Assembly (NCBI GenBank): GCA_963774265.1
Contig: CAVZDU010000001.1
Location: 1,344,001 to 1,408,000 of the forward strand
Length of the DNA: 64,000 bases
Direction: 5' to 3'
DNA from: an uncultured Chloroflexia bacterium
GTDB lineage: Bacteria; Chloroflexota; Anaerolineae; CG2-30-64-16
Positions 1-9,056 of this stretch are shown here, one piece after another; within the stretch, counting starts at the first letter, position 1, and each line of letters opens with the position of its first letter. The notes below the pieces were generated by a model. That model ran no database searches. It had not been told where the DNA came from and worked only from the letters and a program-made list of their open reading frames with translations. The translations under genes were made by a program, and so were the position numbers.

Positions 1-477
1 GTGGCTGGAGTGGTGTTCTGGCTGCTCTTCAAGACCACCATCGGGTTCACGATCCGCGTAGTTGGCGCCAACCCTGACGCGGCGCGTTATTCCGGCATGA
101 GCATCACCCGCACGATCGTCCTCGCGATGACGCTGAGCGGCGGATTGGCCGGGCTGGCGGGCACGAGCCAGGTGCTGGGTGTGGATTACTGGGTGGGCCA
201 GGGCTTTTCTGCAGGTTACGGCTTCGACGCCATCGCGGTCGCCCTGATCGGCAAGAGCCATCCCTTTGGCATAGTGCTGGCCGCACTGTTGTGGGGCTTC
301 CTGCGCAGCGGGGCCACTCGTATGCAGTCGCTGGCCGGCATCCCGATCGACATCATCTCGATCATCCAGGGCCTAGTGATCGTCTTCGTCGCGGCGCCCG
401 ATATCATCCGCATATTGTATCGCCTGCGGAAGGTGGCCGCGGAGAAGGTCGTGTTGAGCCGCGGGTGGGGATCTTGA
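1..477 (+). CDS. ABC transporter permease (nucleoside/simple-sugar, BPD_transp_2 type), 5'-truncated by window edge
   Basis: Motifs GANPDAARYSG, LSGGLAGLAG and GYGFDAIAVALIG are typical of NupB-like permeases. Confidence 0.88.
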   Translation: MAGVVFWLLFKTTIGFTIRVVGANPDAARYSGMSITRTIVLAMTLSGGLAGLAGTSQVLGVDYWVGQGFSAGYGFDAIAVALIGKSHPFGIVLAALLWGFLRSGATRMQSLAGIPIDIISIIQGLVIVFVAAPDIIRILYRLRKVAAEKVVLSRGWGS

Positions 478-499
478 GGCTGACAGGGAGGAGACAACC

Positions 500-1769
500 A
501 TGACGACTGCAACCGCAACCAGGGCGCTCCCTGCTGAGATCAAGCGCAGCCGGATCATCGGCGTGGTGCTGCTGCTGATCGGTCTCGCTATTTTCTTGCT
601 CTTCGGCACCGGGATGGAGAGCGGGCTGACCACGAAGTTCGGCATGAATCCGGGCGTCGGCTCGCAGGCGCTCCGCATCCCAGACCTGACCCTGCCCACC
701 GCAGCCTCGATCTATCTCCTGTCCGGTGTGTCCATCTTTTTGGGCGCGGTCCAGATCGCGCGTGGCTTCAAGCGCGCAGGCCTGGTCATCGGACTTGTCG
801 CCGCGTTCTTCGTCATCGCCTTCCTGGCGTGGGCGGCGCGCGTGGAAATCGTTCAACCTGGTTGGGATATTGAGCAGCTCGGTAGTGCGCGCCACGCCCA
901 TCGCCCTGGCGGCGCTGTGCGGCGTGATCAGCGAACGCGCGGGCGTGGTGAACATCGGCATCGAAGGCATCATGCTCCTGGCCGCGCAGGCTGCCGTCAT
1001 GTCAGCCAGCCTAACCGATAGCCTATGGATCGGCCTGGTTTTTGCCATCCTGACTGGCATGTTGTTTGCCGCCGTGCACGCCGTCCTGGCCATCCGCTTC
1101 AAGGTAGATCAGATCGTGAGTGGCGTGGCGATCAACATCTTCGCGACAGGCACGACCAGTTACATCTCGTCGCGCTTCATGGAGCGAAACGCCGACTTGC
1201 TGAACAACTCAGGCATCTTCAAGCCCATCGCGATCCCACTGCTCTCGAAGATCCCGATCCTCGGGCCGATCTTCTTTGAGAACAGCATCATCGTGTACCT
1301 GATGATGCTGCTGGTTGCGGTCTTGCACATCATGCTGTTCTACACACCGTGGGGGCTGCGGACCCGCGCAGTGGGCGAGCATCCGAAGGCCGCTGACACG
1401 CTCGGCGTCAACGTGTTCAGGATCCGCTATGTCAGCGTCATCCTCGGCGGCGCGATCGCGGGCATCGGCGGTGCGTACTTCACTATTGGCTCGGCCGGCC
1501 GGTTCGACGAGGTGATGACCGCGGGCAAGGGTTTCATCGGCCTGGCCGCCATGATCTTCGGCAAGTGGACGCCTATCGGTGCGTCCCTGGCCTCGCTGCT
1601 GTTTGGCTTTGCCGATTCGTTGCAAGTCAAGCTGCAGATCCTACGGGTGCCGATCCCGTCGGAGTTCCTGCTCATGGCGCCGTACATTGTGACTATGATC
1701 GTGCTAGCCGGCGTGGTGGGTCGCGCGGCCGCACCGGCTGCAGACGGCGTGGCGTACGAGAAAGACTAG
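500..1769 (+). CDS. ABC transporter permease (NupC-like), one +1 frameshift near 840
   Basis: RBS GGGAG precedes ATG 500. The N-terminal frame (500..) joins frame 726..1769, which carries SERAGVVNIGIEG, GEHPKAADTLG and GKGFIGLAAMIFGKW. Confidence 0.85.
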
Positions 1770-1778
1770 AAAATCTCA

Positions 1779-1858
1779 CCGTAGAGGGCACTGAGAGCGC
1801 AGAGGCTGAATGGGGGATTCCCCTCTTCTGACCTCTGCGTTCTCTGTGTGCTATGCGG
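1779..1858. repeat. Long imperfect inverted repeat (REP-like, CGCAGAG/CTCTGCG type)
   Basis: ccgtagagggcactgagagcgcagagg (1779-1805) pairs with cctctgcgttctctgtgtgctatgcgg (1832-1858), 21/27 matches. Confidence 0.7.
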
Positions 1859-1881
1859 CAAAAAGGGAATATATTCCGTAG

Positions 1882-2439
1882 ATGGCTTTTGCTGAAGTTC
1901 TGCTAATCGCCCTTGGCCTGGCGATGGATGCGTTCGCCGTGAGCCTGGCGGCCGGCGCCACGAGTTTCATCAATGGTCCCCGGCCGGTTTTCCGGCTCTC
2001 GTTTCATTTCGGATTGTTCCAAGGCCTGATGCCGGTGCTTGGCTGGCTGAGTGGCTCACTGGTGGCAAGTTACATCTCCGCGTTCGATCACTGGGTCGCG
2101 TTCGTGCTCCTGGCATTCGTCGGGGGGCGCATGGTGCGTTCGGGATTGGATCCAAAGACAGAGGGTGTTGAGGTAGATCCATCGCGGGGCGGGACGCTGA
2201 TTATGCTGGCTGTCGCCACCAGCATTGACGCGTTCGCCATTGGTCTTTCGTTGGCCATGCTCAGAGTGAATATCTTCTATCCCGCAGTTGTGATCGGCGT
2301 GGTTGCTGCGGCGCTATCGGTCGTAGGCATTGCCCTTGGGAATCGGCTGGGTAGTAAGTTGGGCAAGCGGATGGAAGTTGTAGGCGGCATCATTCTGATT
2401 CTGATTGGGCTACGGGTGGTGATCTCACACACAATGTAA
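1882..2439 (+). CDS. mntP: Manganese efflux pump MntP family
   Basis: Two DUF204 repeats with LAMDAFAVS and ATSIDAFAIG motifs; about 6 TM helices. Confidence 0.9.
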   Translation: MAFAEVLLIALGLAMDAFAVSLAAGATSFINGPRPVFRLSFHFGLFQGLMPVLGWLSGSLVASYISAFDHWVAFVLLAFVGGRMVRSGLDPKTEGVEVDPSRGGTLIMLAVATSIDAFAIGLSLAMLRVNIFYPAVVIGVVAAALSVVGIALGNRLGSKLGKRMEVVGGIILILIGLRVVISHTM

Positions 2440-2522
2440 CTCGATTGTGCTACGGTGGTTGGTGAAGATGGGCTTTATCTGGGGTCCAAGCTGGTTCACT
2501 AAGGTGCGAAGGAGCGAGTGCG

Positions 2523-2888
2523 GTGCGCGGGATGCTTGCGGGATTGATCGTTGCGTTGACTATCGTGGTCGTCGCTTTGCTTGTTGCGACGCTTGGGAGC
2601 GTGGGAGTGGCCGCCATCGGTTGGCTCGTCAGCCACTGGTTTGACTTAAGCCAATGGCAGGGCAGCCTGATCGCACTGGCGGTGGCGCTCGGCGTCGGGT
2701 TCGCGATCTATCGCTTGGCTGCGAACAGCTCACCGATCGAAGCTGAGCCGGAGTGGATCGATTGGGTCGAAGAGGAGGAAGAGGAGGCGGCGCAGGAACC
2801 GCCCGTCGTGCCCTGGCGCCGCCAGCGCCCCACCCAGGGCGAGCTTCCGCCGCAAAAACCCGTGCAGAAGGGCCAGCGCTCCAAGTAG
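2523..2888 (+). CDS. Hypothetical small membrane protein with acidic/basic C-terminal tail
   Basis: Two or three hydrophobic segments, a poly-Glu tract and an upstream AAGGAG RBS; lies 18 nt upstream of the SBP gene. Confidence 0.6.
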   Translation: MRGMLAGLIVALTIVVVALLVATLGSVGVAAIGWLVSHWFDLSQWQGSLIALAVALGVGFAIYRLAANSSPIEAEPEWIDWVEEEEEEAAQEPPVVPWRRQRPTQGELPPQKPVQKGQRSK

Positions 2889-2906
2889 TCAAGCGGGGAG
2901 ATTGAG

Positions 2907-3884
2907 ATGATGTATCGCAGGTTCATTCGTATCGTATCGTTGGTTTTGGTCGTCGTGTTCCTGGGCGTGGCCGTTTCGTCATGCGCACCCGTGCCCGCTG
3001 CCCAGCCTGAAGAGTCGAAGCTTAAGCTCGCGCTCATCCCTGTGCTCGACACGATTCCCATCTATATCGCGCTTCAGAATGGTTATTTTGGCGCTCAAGG
3101 CATAGCGGTTGAGGTCGTCCCTGTGAAAAGCCCCCAGGAACGGGATGTTCTGCTCCAAACAGGCCAGGTAGATGGCGTGTTGACCGATCTCCAGGGGGTC
3201 GGCCTGCTGAATAAGGATAGCGTTAAGGTTAAGGCTGTTTATACTTCGCGAAGACCATTCCCCGACGCACCGCTGTTTCGAATCCTGGCTAGCCCGAAGT
3301 CAAACATCGCCACACCAGCGGACCTCAAGGCAGTGCCCATCGGGATCAGCAATAACACCATCATTGAGTACCTGACAGACCGCATCTTGACTTTCGAAGG
3401 GCTCACGACCGATGAGATCGCCAAGATCGAGGTGGGCGCCATCACGGTGCGCTTCGAGCAGTTGATGAACGGCAACATTCAAGCCGCCGTTCTGCCCGAT
3501 CCGCTCGCCCAGGGGGCGATTGCCGCGGGCGCCAAGCTCGTCGTCGACGATACGAGGTATGCGAATCTATCGCAGTCGGTCCTGGTCTTCCAGGCCAGCG
3601 CGCTGCAATCGAAGCCGGGGACCGTGCGTAAGTTCCTCAGCGCCTGGGAGCAGGCCGTCAAGGAAGTCAATGCCAATCCTGACAAGTATCGTGCCGTTCT
3701 GATGGAGCAGGGCCGCGTGCCTCAGTCGATCCAGAACTCGTACAAGATGCCGCCCTTCCCGGAGAGGGGTGTGCCGAGCGAGGGGGAAGTGGCCGATGTG
3801 ACCGCGTGGTTGAAAGCCAAGGGTCTCGTCAGCCGGGATATCCCATACACTGACATGGTCGATGCGTCGTTCTTGCCGAAGTGA
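2907..3884 (+). CDS. Substrate-binding lipoprotein, SsuA/NitT/TauT/THI5-like family
   Basis: Lipobox VSSC; LALIPVLDTIPIYIALQNGYF and AAVLPDP are typical of the NMT1/SsuA fold. Confidence 0.85.
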   Translation: MMYRRFIRIVSLVLVVVFLGVAVSSCAPVPAAQPEESKLKLALIPVLDTIPIYIALQNGYFGAQGIAVEVVPVKSPQERDVLLQTGQVDGVLTDLQGVGLLNKDSVKVKAVYTSRRPFPDAPLFRILASPKSNIATPADLKAVPIGISNNTIIEYLTDRILTFEGLTTDEIAKIEVGAITVRFEQLMNGNIQAAVLPDPLAQGAIAAGAKLVVDDTRYANLSQSVLVFQASALQSKPGTVRKFLSAWEQAVKEVNANPDKYRAVLMEQGRVPQSIQNSYKMPPFPERGVPSEGEVADVTAWLKAKGLVSRDIPYTDMVDASFLPK

Positions 3885-3889
3885 AGCAC

Positions 3890-3938
3890 AACCTGCGGCC
3901 CACAATGATTCCTTACAAGGCACCGTGAGCCGCAGGTT
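3890..3938 (+). terminator. Stem-loop after SBP gene (terminator or mRNA-stabilising hairpin)
   Basis: aacctgcggcccac ... gtgagccgcaggtt inverted repeat. Confidence 0.55.
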
Positions 3939-3962
3939 ATTTACGTCTCTCAGCCACCAGAG

Positions 3963-5738
3963 TTGATCCCCGTGCCATCCGCCGTTCAGATCCGTGAGCT
4001 TTACTACGCCTATCCGCCTCCATTGCCCGGCGCCGCACCGACTGAAGCCCTGGTTAATGTGTCGCTGGACATTCAAGCCGGTGAGTTTGTTGCACTGCTG
4101 GGCCGGGTAGGTGCGGGGAAGACCACACTGTGCCTGGCGCTGAACGGCCTCGCGCCTCATGCGACAGGCGGCATCTTTCGGGGCCAGGTGATCGTGGGCG
4201 GGCTAAACACCCGTGAACAACCGGTCACACGGATCGCACAGGCGGCCGGGCTGGTCTTCCAGGATCCCGAGACACAACTGACTCAGATGCGAGTCGAGGA
4301 TGAAATCGCGTTCGGTCCCGAAAACCTCGGCCTGCCGCGCGCCGAAATCGCAGAGCGCGTGACCTGGGCCTTAAGCGCGGTCGAACTCAACGACTATCGC
4401 GACCGCAATCCCTCGCGGTTGTCGGGGGGTGAAAAACAGCGCGTTGCCATCGCTGCCACGCTCGCCATGCGCCCACAGGTAATGGTGTTGGACGAGCCCA
4501 CGGCCAATCTTGACCCAGGGGGCAAGGCGGCAGTATTTTCCGTTCTTCTACGCCTTGCCAGGGAGCGAACCATCGCAATCCTGCTTGCGACGCAGGACCT
4601 TGAGCGAGTGCAGCGGTACGCTCAGCGCGTCCTGGTGTTGCACGATAAACGAATTGCCCTGGATGGCTCCCCGGAGGAAGTTTTCGGCCATGAGCGTGAG
4701 TTGAAAGCGTGGGGCATCGGCGTACCACAGATGACCGAATTGGCGCACGAGTTATCGGAGCGCATTGGCAAGTCGTTTTACTTCCCTTCTCTGAGCAGCG
4801 CCGTGCGAGGAATTCGTCACGCGATAGCTGAAGGCGATGTCTCGCTCCAAACGAACGCTGCCGTAGGGACGTTGCGCGAGGTAGAGACGTTGCAGGCCTT
4901 CGGGCGAACGTCTCTACACGCAGGGGCCGTCGATTCGCCACAGATTGCCGTCGAACGATTAGGCTTCACCTATCCTGATGGCACTGCTGCCCTTAGAGGT
5001 GTTGATCTGTCGATCCAGTCGGGCGAGTTCGTCGCGCTGGCCGGCCCAAATGGCTCGGGCAAGACGACGTTGGCGAAACACCTCAACGGTTTGCTCAAAC
5101 CATCTGCCGGGCGGGTCCTCATCGCCGGGCAAGATACCGCTGCGCTACGGGTGCCACAGTTGGCCCGCTCGGTCGGTTATTTGTTTCAAAATCCGGATCA
5201 TCAGATTTTTGCTCCTACCGTCAGCGAGGAGATCGCGTTTGGGCTTCGTCTGCAGGGACTTTCGGCGGGTGAGGTCGCGGAGCGCGTGGCCGACGCAATG
5301 GCGGCGCACGATCTGACCACCTGCGCGGGCCTCCCGCCAGCCACCCTCAGTCTTGGCCAGCGCCGTCAGGTCACACTGGCTGCAGTACTTGCAGCGCGGC
5401 CGAAGATCCTTGTGCTGGATGAGCCAACCGGCGGCCTGGATTGGCGCAGCCGGCACGCGCTCATGGCGCGGGTGCGCGCATTTAGCACAGCAGGGGGCAC
5501 CGTCATCCTCATCACGCATGATGTGCGTCTGATCGCTGAGCACGCTGGCCGCGTCGTTGTGATGTACGCGGGCCGCGTCTTGTATGATGGACCGCCTGTG
5601 GATTTGTTCGGCCAGCGGCAGGTGCTCGCGACGGCTCGCCTAACCGTCCCCCCCGTTGTGCGCCTGGCCCAGCGCCTGGCGCCCTTCGGCGTACCGCCGT
5701 CGGTGCGCACGGTGACGGAGCTGGCCGATGTCCTCTAA
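3963..5738 (+). CDS. ECF transporter ATPase with two fused ABC domains (EcfA-EcfA')
   Basis: Two Walker A motifs (GRVGAGKT, GPNGSGKT), Q-loops FQDPETQL and FQNPDHQIF, LSGGEKQ, and two LDEPT Walker B motifs. Confidence 0.92.
   Translation: MIPVPSAVQIRELYYAYPPPLPGAAPTEALVNVSLDIQAGEFVALLGRVGAGKTTLCLALNGLAPHATGGIFRGQVIVGGLNTREQPVTRIAQAAGLVFQDPETQLTQMRVEDEIAFGPENLGLPRAEIAERVTWALSAVELNDYRDRNPSRLSGGEKQRVAIAATLAMRPQVMVLDEPTANLDPGGKAAVFSVLLRLARERTIAILLATQDLERVQRYAQRVLVLHDKRIALDGSPEEVFGHERELKAWGIGVPQMTELAHELSERIGKSFYFPSLSSAVRGIRHAIAEGDVSLQTNAAVGTLREVETLQAFGRTSLHAGAVDSPQIAVERLGFTYPDGTAALRGVDLSIQSGEFVALAGPNGSGKTTLAKHLNGLLKPSAGRVLIAGQDTAALRVPQLARSVGYLFQNPDHQIFAPTVSEEIAFGLRLQGLSAGEVAERVADAMAAHDLTTCAGLPPATLSLGQRRQVTLAAVLAARPKILVLDEPTGGLDWRSRHALMARVRAFSTAGGTVILITHDVRLIAEHAGRVVVMYAGRVLYDGPPVDLFGQRQVLATARLTVPPVVRLAQRLAPFGVPPSVRTVTELADVL
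4863..4917. repeat. GTAG-type REP palindrome within the coding sequence of the ECF ATPase linker
   Basis: gtagagacgtt (4881-4891) / aacgtctctac (4907-4917) perfect arms with an inner gcc-ttcg-ggc hairpin; extra half copy gtagggacgttgc at 4863. Confidence 0.75.
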
Positions 5739-6504
5739 CTACGACGTATACTTCCGCCGCAACACGTGGGTCTATAGCCTGGATCCTCGCGTTAAGTTTG
5801 CCTTTGTCTTTGTCCTGATCATCCTGACTCTTCTGTGGCCGAGCGTGTCGATGGCCTTGGGCGTCAGCTTCGTCGCGTTGGTGCTATTAGTGGTTGCACA
5901 GGCGCCGCGCGTCCGCATCGTCCACTTCCTGCGAGGTATTGTCGTTCTTTTGGCAGTGGTATTGGTGCTCACGGCCCTTTTTGCCGGGGACGCCGGTCCG
6001 CCCTGGGTCGTTTGGGGACCGTTACGCGTCACGCCACAGGGTTTTCACCAAGGTGCGCTTCTGACCTCCCGTCTCCTGGCACTGGGACTCGTATTTTTCT
6101 TTTGGCTCAGCACGACGGATCAAGGGGAGATGGTGCGTGGGTTTGTGGCGCTGGGGCTGCCGTATGATTGGGGACTGACCGTAGCGCTGGCCTTGCGTTA
6201 TCTGCCTATCCTGGCCGGCCTGTTCGAGCAGGTGCGTGAAGCGCAGGAGGCGCGCGGCCTGGACCTGGCACAACGCAGTTTTTTTGCCCGGCTCCAAGCT
6301 TACCGGCCGATTTTGATCGCTGTCGTGATCGGGGCCCTGCGACACGGTGAGCGTCTTGGCTGGGCGTTGGAGGCGCGGGCACTGGATGGTGGGGGAGCGC
6401 GGCGCACGGTTTTTCGGCCCCTGCGCCTTCACCGAGGCGACTATCTGGCTCTGGCCATCCTGTTTGCCATCCTCGTCGGCGCCGTCCTTTTGCGCTTGCT
6501 GTAA
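5728..6504 (+). CDS. ecfT: ECF transporter transmembrane component T (EcfT/CbiQ family)
   Basis: LDPRVK N-terminal motif and two ARG-type motifs (AQEARG, ALEARA); overlaps the ATPase stop. Confidence 0.9.
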   Translation: MSSNYDVYFRRNTWVYSLDPRVKFAFVFVLIILTLLWPSVSMALGVSFVALVLLVVAQAPRVRIVHFLRGIVVLLAVVLVLTALFAGDAGPPWVVWGPLRVTPQGFHQGALLTSRLLALGLVFFFWLSTTDQGEMVRGFVALGLPYDWGLTVALALRYLPILAGLFEQVREAQEARGLDLAQRSFFARLQAYRPILIAVVIGALRHGERLGWALEARALDGGGARRTVFRPLRLHRGDYLALAILFAILVGAVLLRLL

Positions 6505-6624
6505 CAGTGTATTGGAAGTCACTTAACGGCTCAGCACACGTGGTACACTTAAGTCACTTATGGGCCGGGGTTAGGCAGGGCTGGCAGTGCCTAACTTCGG
6601 CCCGGTCTTTTAAGCGTCCCGATT

Positions 6625-6653
6625 TTGCCTTGTGGCCGCGCCGGTGTTATAAT
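6625..6653 (+). promoter_or_regulatory. sigma70 promoter of tRNA-Arg
   Basis: TTGCCT-17 bp-TATAAT with extended TG, 12 nt upstream of the tRNA. Confidence 0.75.
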
Positions 6654-6665
6654 TTTGTTATGTAT

Positions 6666-6737
6666 GCCCCCATAGCTCAGTGGATAGAGCGCTAGCCTCC
6701 GGAGCTAGAAGCGTGGGTTCGAGTCCCGCTGGGGGTA
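6666..6737 (+). tRNA. tRNA-Arg(CCG), CCA not encoded
   Basis: Acceptor GCCCCCA/TGGGGGT, D arm AGCTCAGTGGATAGAGC, anticodon stem CTAGC-CTCCGGA-GCTAG, T loop GTTCGAGTC. Confidence 0.95.
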
Positions 6738-6770
6738 CTTTTCCAGTCAAGACGCCCTTGATTTTGCAGG

Positions 6771-6800
6771 CGGCCCGGTCTTATCCACCGGGCCGTTTTT
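6771..6800 (+). terminator. Intrinsic terminator after tRNA
   Basis: cggcccggt-loop-accgggccg followed by TTTTT. Confidence 0.8.
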
Positions 6801-6905
6801 GTTTGGTCTCTCCAAGTTGACAGTCGTGTCTGCGTGCGGTATGGTCAGGTCAGGTCGACCTCTATCGGGTACTTCTCAGACAACAGCTTTAACAGGAGCA
6901 ACAAC

Positions 6906-7985
6906 GTGAAACCCTCAGGAACTCATTTCACGGTCAAGGTCGGAGACCTGACTGCCTTCTGTCTGGCCGCGCTGCGCCAGGTGGGGGTGAACGAGGCAGA
7001 TGCACAACTGACGGCCGATGCCTTGGTGACGACTGACACGTTGGGCACTTTCACCCACGGCACGCGACAGTTGCGCGGCCTGATCAAGAACGTGCGGGAT
7101 GGCCGCCTCAATCCAACGGCTGCGGAGACGATCGTGTCAGAGGGCCCCGCGTGGGCCATGCTGGATGCTCATCATGCGATGCCCCCGGCTGTGGCCTGCC
7201 GCGCGATGCAGCGGGCGATGACTAAGGCCCGTACGTGTGGCTTGGGATATGTAGGGGTGCAGCGCACCAGTCATTTTGGTGCGGCGGGCTACTATGCCCG
7301 ACTGGCGGCGGCTGAGGATATGCTGGGCCTGGCACTGTGCAACGTCGATCCGGTGATGACCGTCACAGGCGCAGCCGCCAAGGTCATCGGCACTAATCCG
7401 ATCGCCTGGGCCGCGCCGGCCGGTAAAGAGCGGATGGTCTTTCTGGACATTGCCACCAGCCGCGTGGCTGCCACAAAGGTGTTCGCCGCCAAGGCGTTAG
7501 GCAAATCAGTGCCCGATACGTGGTTGATCGACGCAAACGGTCTGCCTACCACTGATCCGAGCCGCTTTCCCGAGGAGGGTGCGCTTTTGCCGCTGGCCGA
7601 TTACAAGGGTTATGGGCTGGCGGTCCTGGTTGAGGTGTTGGGGGGTGTCTTGACCGGGGCGGCCCTGTTGAGCGGTGTGGTAAGTTGGGCCAACAACTCC
7701 CGCGAGAAGGTGAACCAGGGGCATGCCTTTATTGCGTTCGACATTGGCGCCATGATGCCGTTGGCCGAGTTCAAGGGGCGGATGGACAGTATGGTGCGCG
7801 AGCTGCGCGCTGCGCCGAAGGCGGCAGGGGCCAAGCGCGTCTATCTGCCCGGCGAAATGGAATGGGAACGCCGGGAAGCGGCGCTGACCGCGGGCATCCC
7901 GCTGCCTCCTGACGTGGCAGCCGGCCTGCGAGGGCTTGGGGAGGACCTTGGGCTGGCCCCAGAGGACTTCAATTTGAAGCTGTAA
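6906..7985 (+). CDS. Ldh2 family (malate/L-lactate/L-sulfolactate dehydrogenase-like) oxidoreductase
   Basis: THG, SHFGAAG, GTNPIA, DIATS, KGYGLA and PGE motifs; GTG start after AGGAG. Confidence 0.88.
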   Translation: MKPSGTHFTVKVGDLTAFCLAALRQVGVNEADAQLTADALVTTDTLGTFTHGTRQLRGLIKNVRDGRLNPTAAETIVSEGPAWAMLDAHHAMPPAVACRAMQRAMTKARTCGLGYVGVQRTSHFGAAGYYARLAAAEDMLGLALCNVDPVMTVTGAAAKVIGTNPIAWAAPAGKERMVFLDIATSRVAATKVFAAKALGKSVPDTWLIDANGLPTTDPSRFPEEGALLPLADYKGYGLAVLVEVLGGVLTGAALLSGVVSWANNSREKVNQGHAFIAFDIGAMMPLAEFKGRMDSMVRELRAAPKAAGAKRVYLPGEMEWERREAALTAGIPLPPDVAAGLRGLGEDLGLAPEDFNLKL

Positions 7986-7995
7986 GGAGGAAGTT

Positions 7996-9039
7996 GTGAG
8001 CGGTGAGATTCGGGTTCGACACGACGCGCTGGTTGCCACGATTGCAGAGGTCCTGGCAGCCGAAGGTGTCCCGGAGCACGTCCGGGGCGTTGAGGCTGAG
8101 TTGATGGCGGAGGCCGACCTGCTGGGCGTGCCGTCTCACGGCATCCGTATGCTGCCGCTCATCGTCACGGGGATCCGAGATGGCCGTGCAAACCGCGATC
8201 CGCAACTGCGACTAGTGCGCGACCACGAGGCCGCGTGCGTGCTCGATGGCGACCGGGGTCTAGGACGTTACGTGTCGGTCAAGGGCATGGAACAGGCCAT
8301 GGCGCGCGCGCGGCGCTTCGGTGTTGGCCTCTGCGTGGCCAACCGTGTGACGCACTGGGGCCGTGCACATGCCTATGCCTACCGGGCTGCGCTGCAGGGA
8401 ATGATCGGCATCTGCACCACGAATGCCATTCCCAACATGACCGGGTGGGGCTCGAAGCAGCCAGTGGTGGGCAACAATCCCCTGGCAATCGGTGTGCCGC
8501 AGGGAGAAGGCCGTGATCCGCTTGTGCTTGACATTGCAATGAGCCAGGCGGCCGTGGGCAAGATCGGCACGTATCTGCGCGAGGGCAAGACTGTCCCGAG
8601 CGGCTGGGGGCTTGACGCCTCCGGGCAGCCCACCAGCGATCCTTCGGCGATCTTGAGTTCCGGGCTCGTTCTGCCGATGGGCGAGCACAAAGGTGCGGGC
8701 CTCGCTCTGATGATGGAGATCTTCACCGGCGCGTTGGCCGGCGGGCTGCTCAGTTACGAGGTGGGCCAGGCTGATTCGACCGGATTGGATCCGGAGGGCA
8801 GCAAATTTCTGCTCGCGATCGACGTCTCGAAGTTTGTCGAGCCGGAGCGCTTCACCGAGCGCGTGGGCGACTTGCTGAGGTCCGTCGCCCAGGGGGTCGG
8901 CTCTGATGGGGAATTCCTCTACCCGGGTCAGCGCGGTTGGCAAACCCGAGACCGCAACCTGGTGGAGGGTGTACCGATCCATAGTAAGATCGTCGAGCAG
9001 CTTGCAGGCATCGGTGTGACTCTGCCCTCTATCGAATAG
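7996..9039 (+). CDS. Second Ldh2 family oxidoreductase
   Basis: SHG, GNNPLA, LDIAMS, HKGAGL and PG motifs; RBS AAGGAGG. Confidence 0.88.
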   Translation: MSGEIRVRHDALVATIAEVLAAEGVPEHVRGVEAELMAEADLLGVPSHGIRMLPLIVTGIRDGRANRDPQLRLVRDHEAACVLDGDRGLGRYVSVKGMEQAMARARRFGVGLCVANRVTHWGRAHAYAYRAALQGMIGICTTNAIPNMTGWGSKQPVVGNNPLAIGVPQGEGRDPLVLDIAMSQAAVGKIGTYLREGKTVPSGWGLDASGQPTSDPSAILSSGLVLPMGEHKGAGLALMMEIFTGALAGGLLSYEVGQADSTGLDPEGSKFLLAIDVSKFVEPERFTERVGDLLRSVAQGVGSDGEFLYPGQRGWQTRDRNLVEGVPIHSKIVEQLAGIGVTLPSIE

Positions 9040-9056
9040 ACCATCCCGGAGAGATC

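Noticed and set aside
2447-2644. 65-aa ORF after mntP
   Set aside because: Overlaps the better supported 2523-2888 ORF and has no protein-like features
6666-6900. tRNA-Arg as attachment site of an integrated element
   Set aside because: No integrase and no duplicated tRNA 3' end seen in the window
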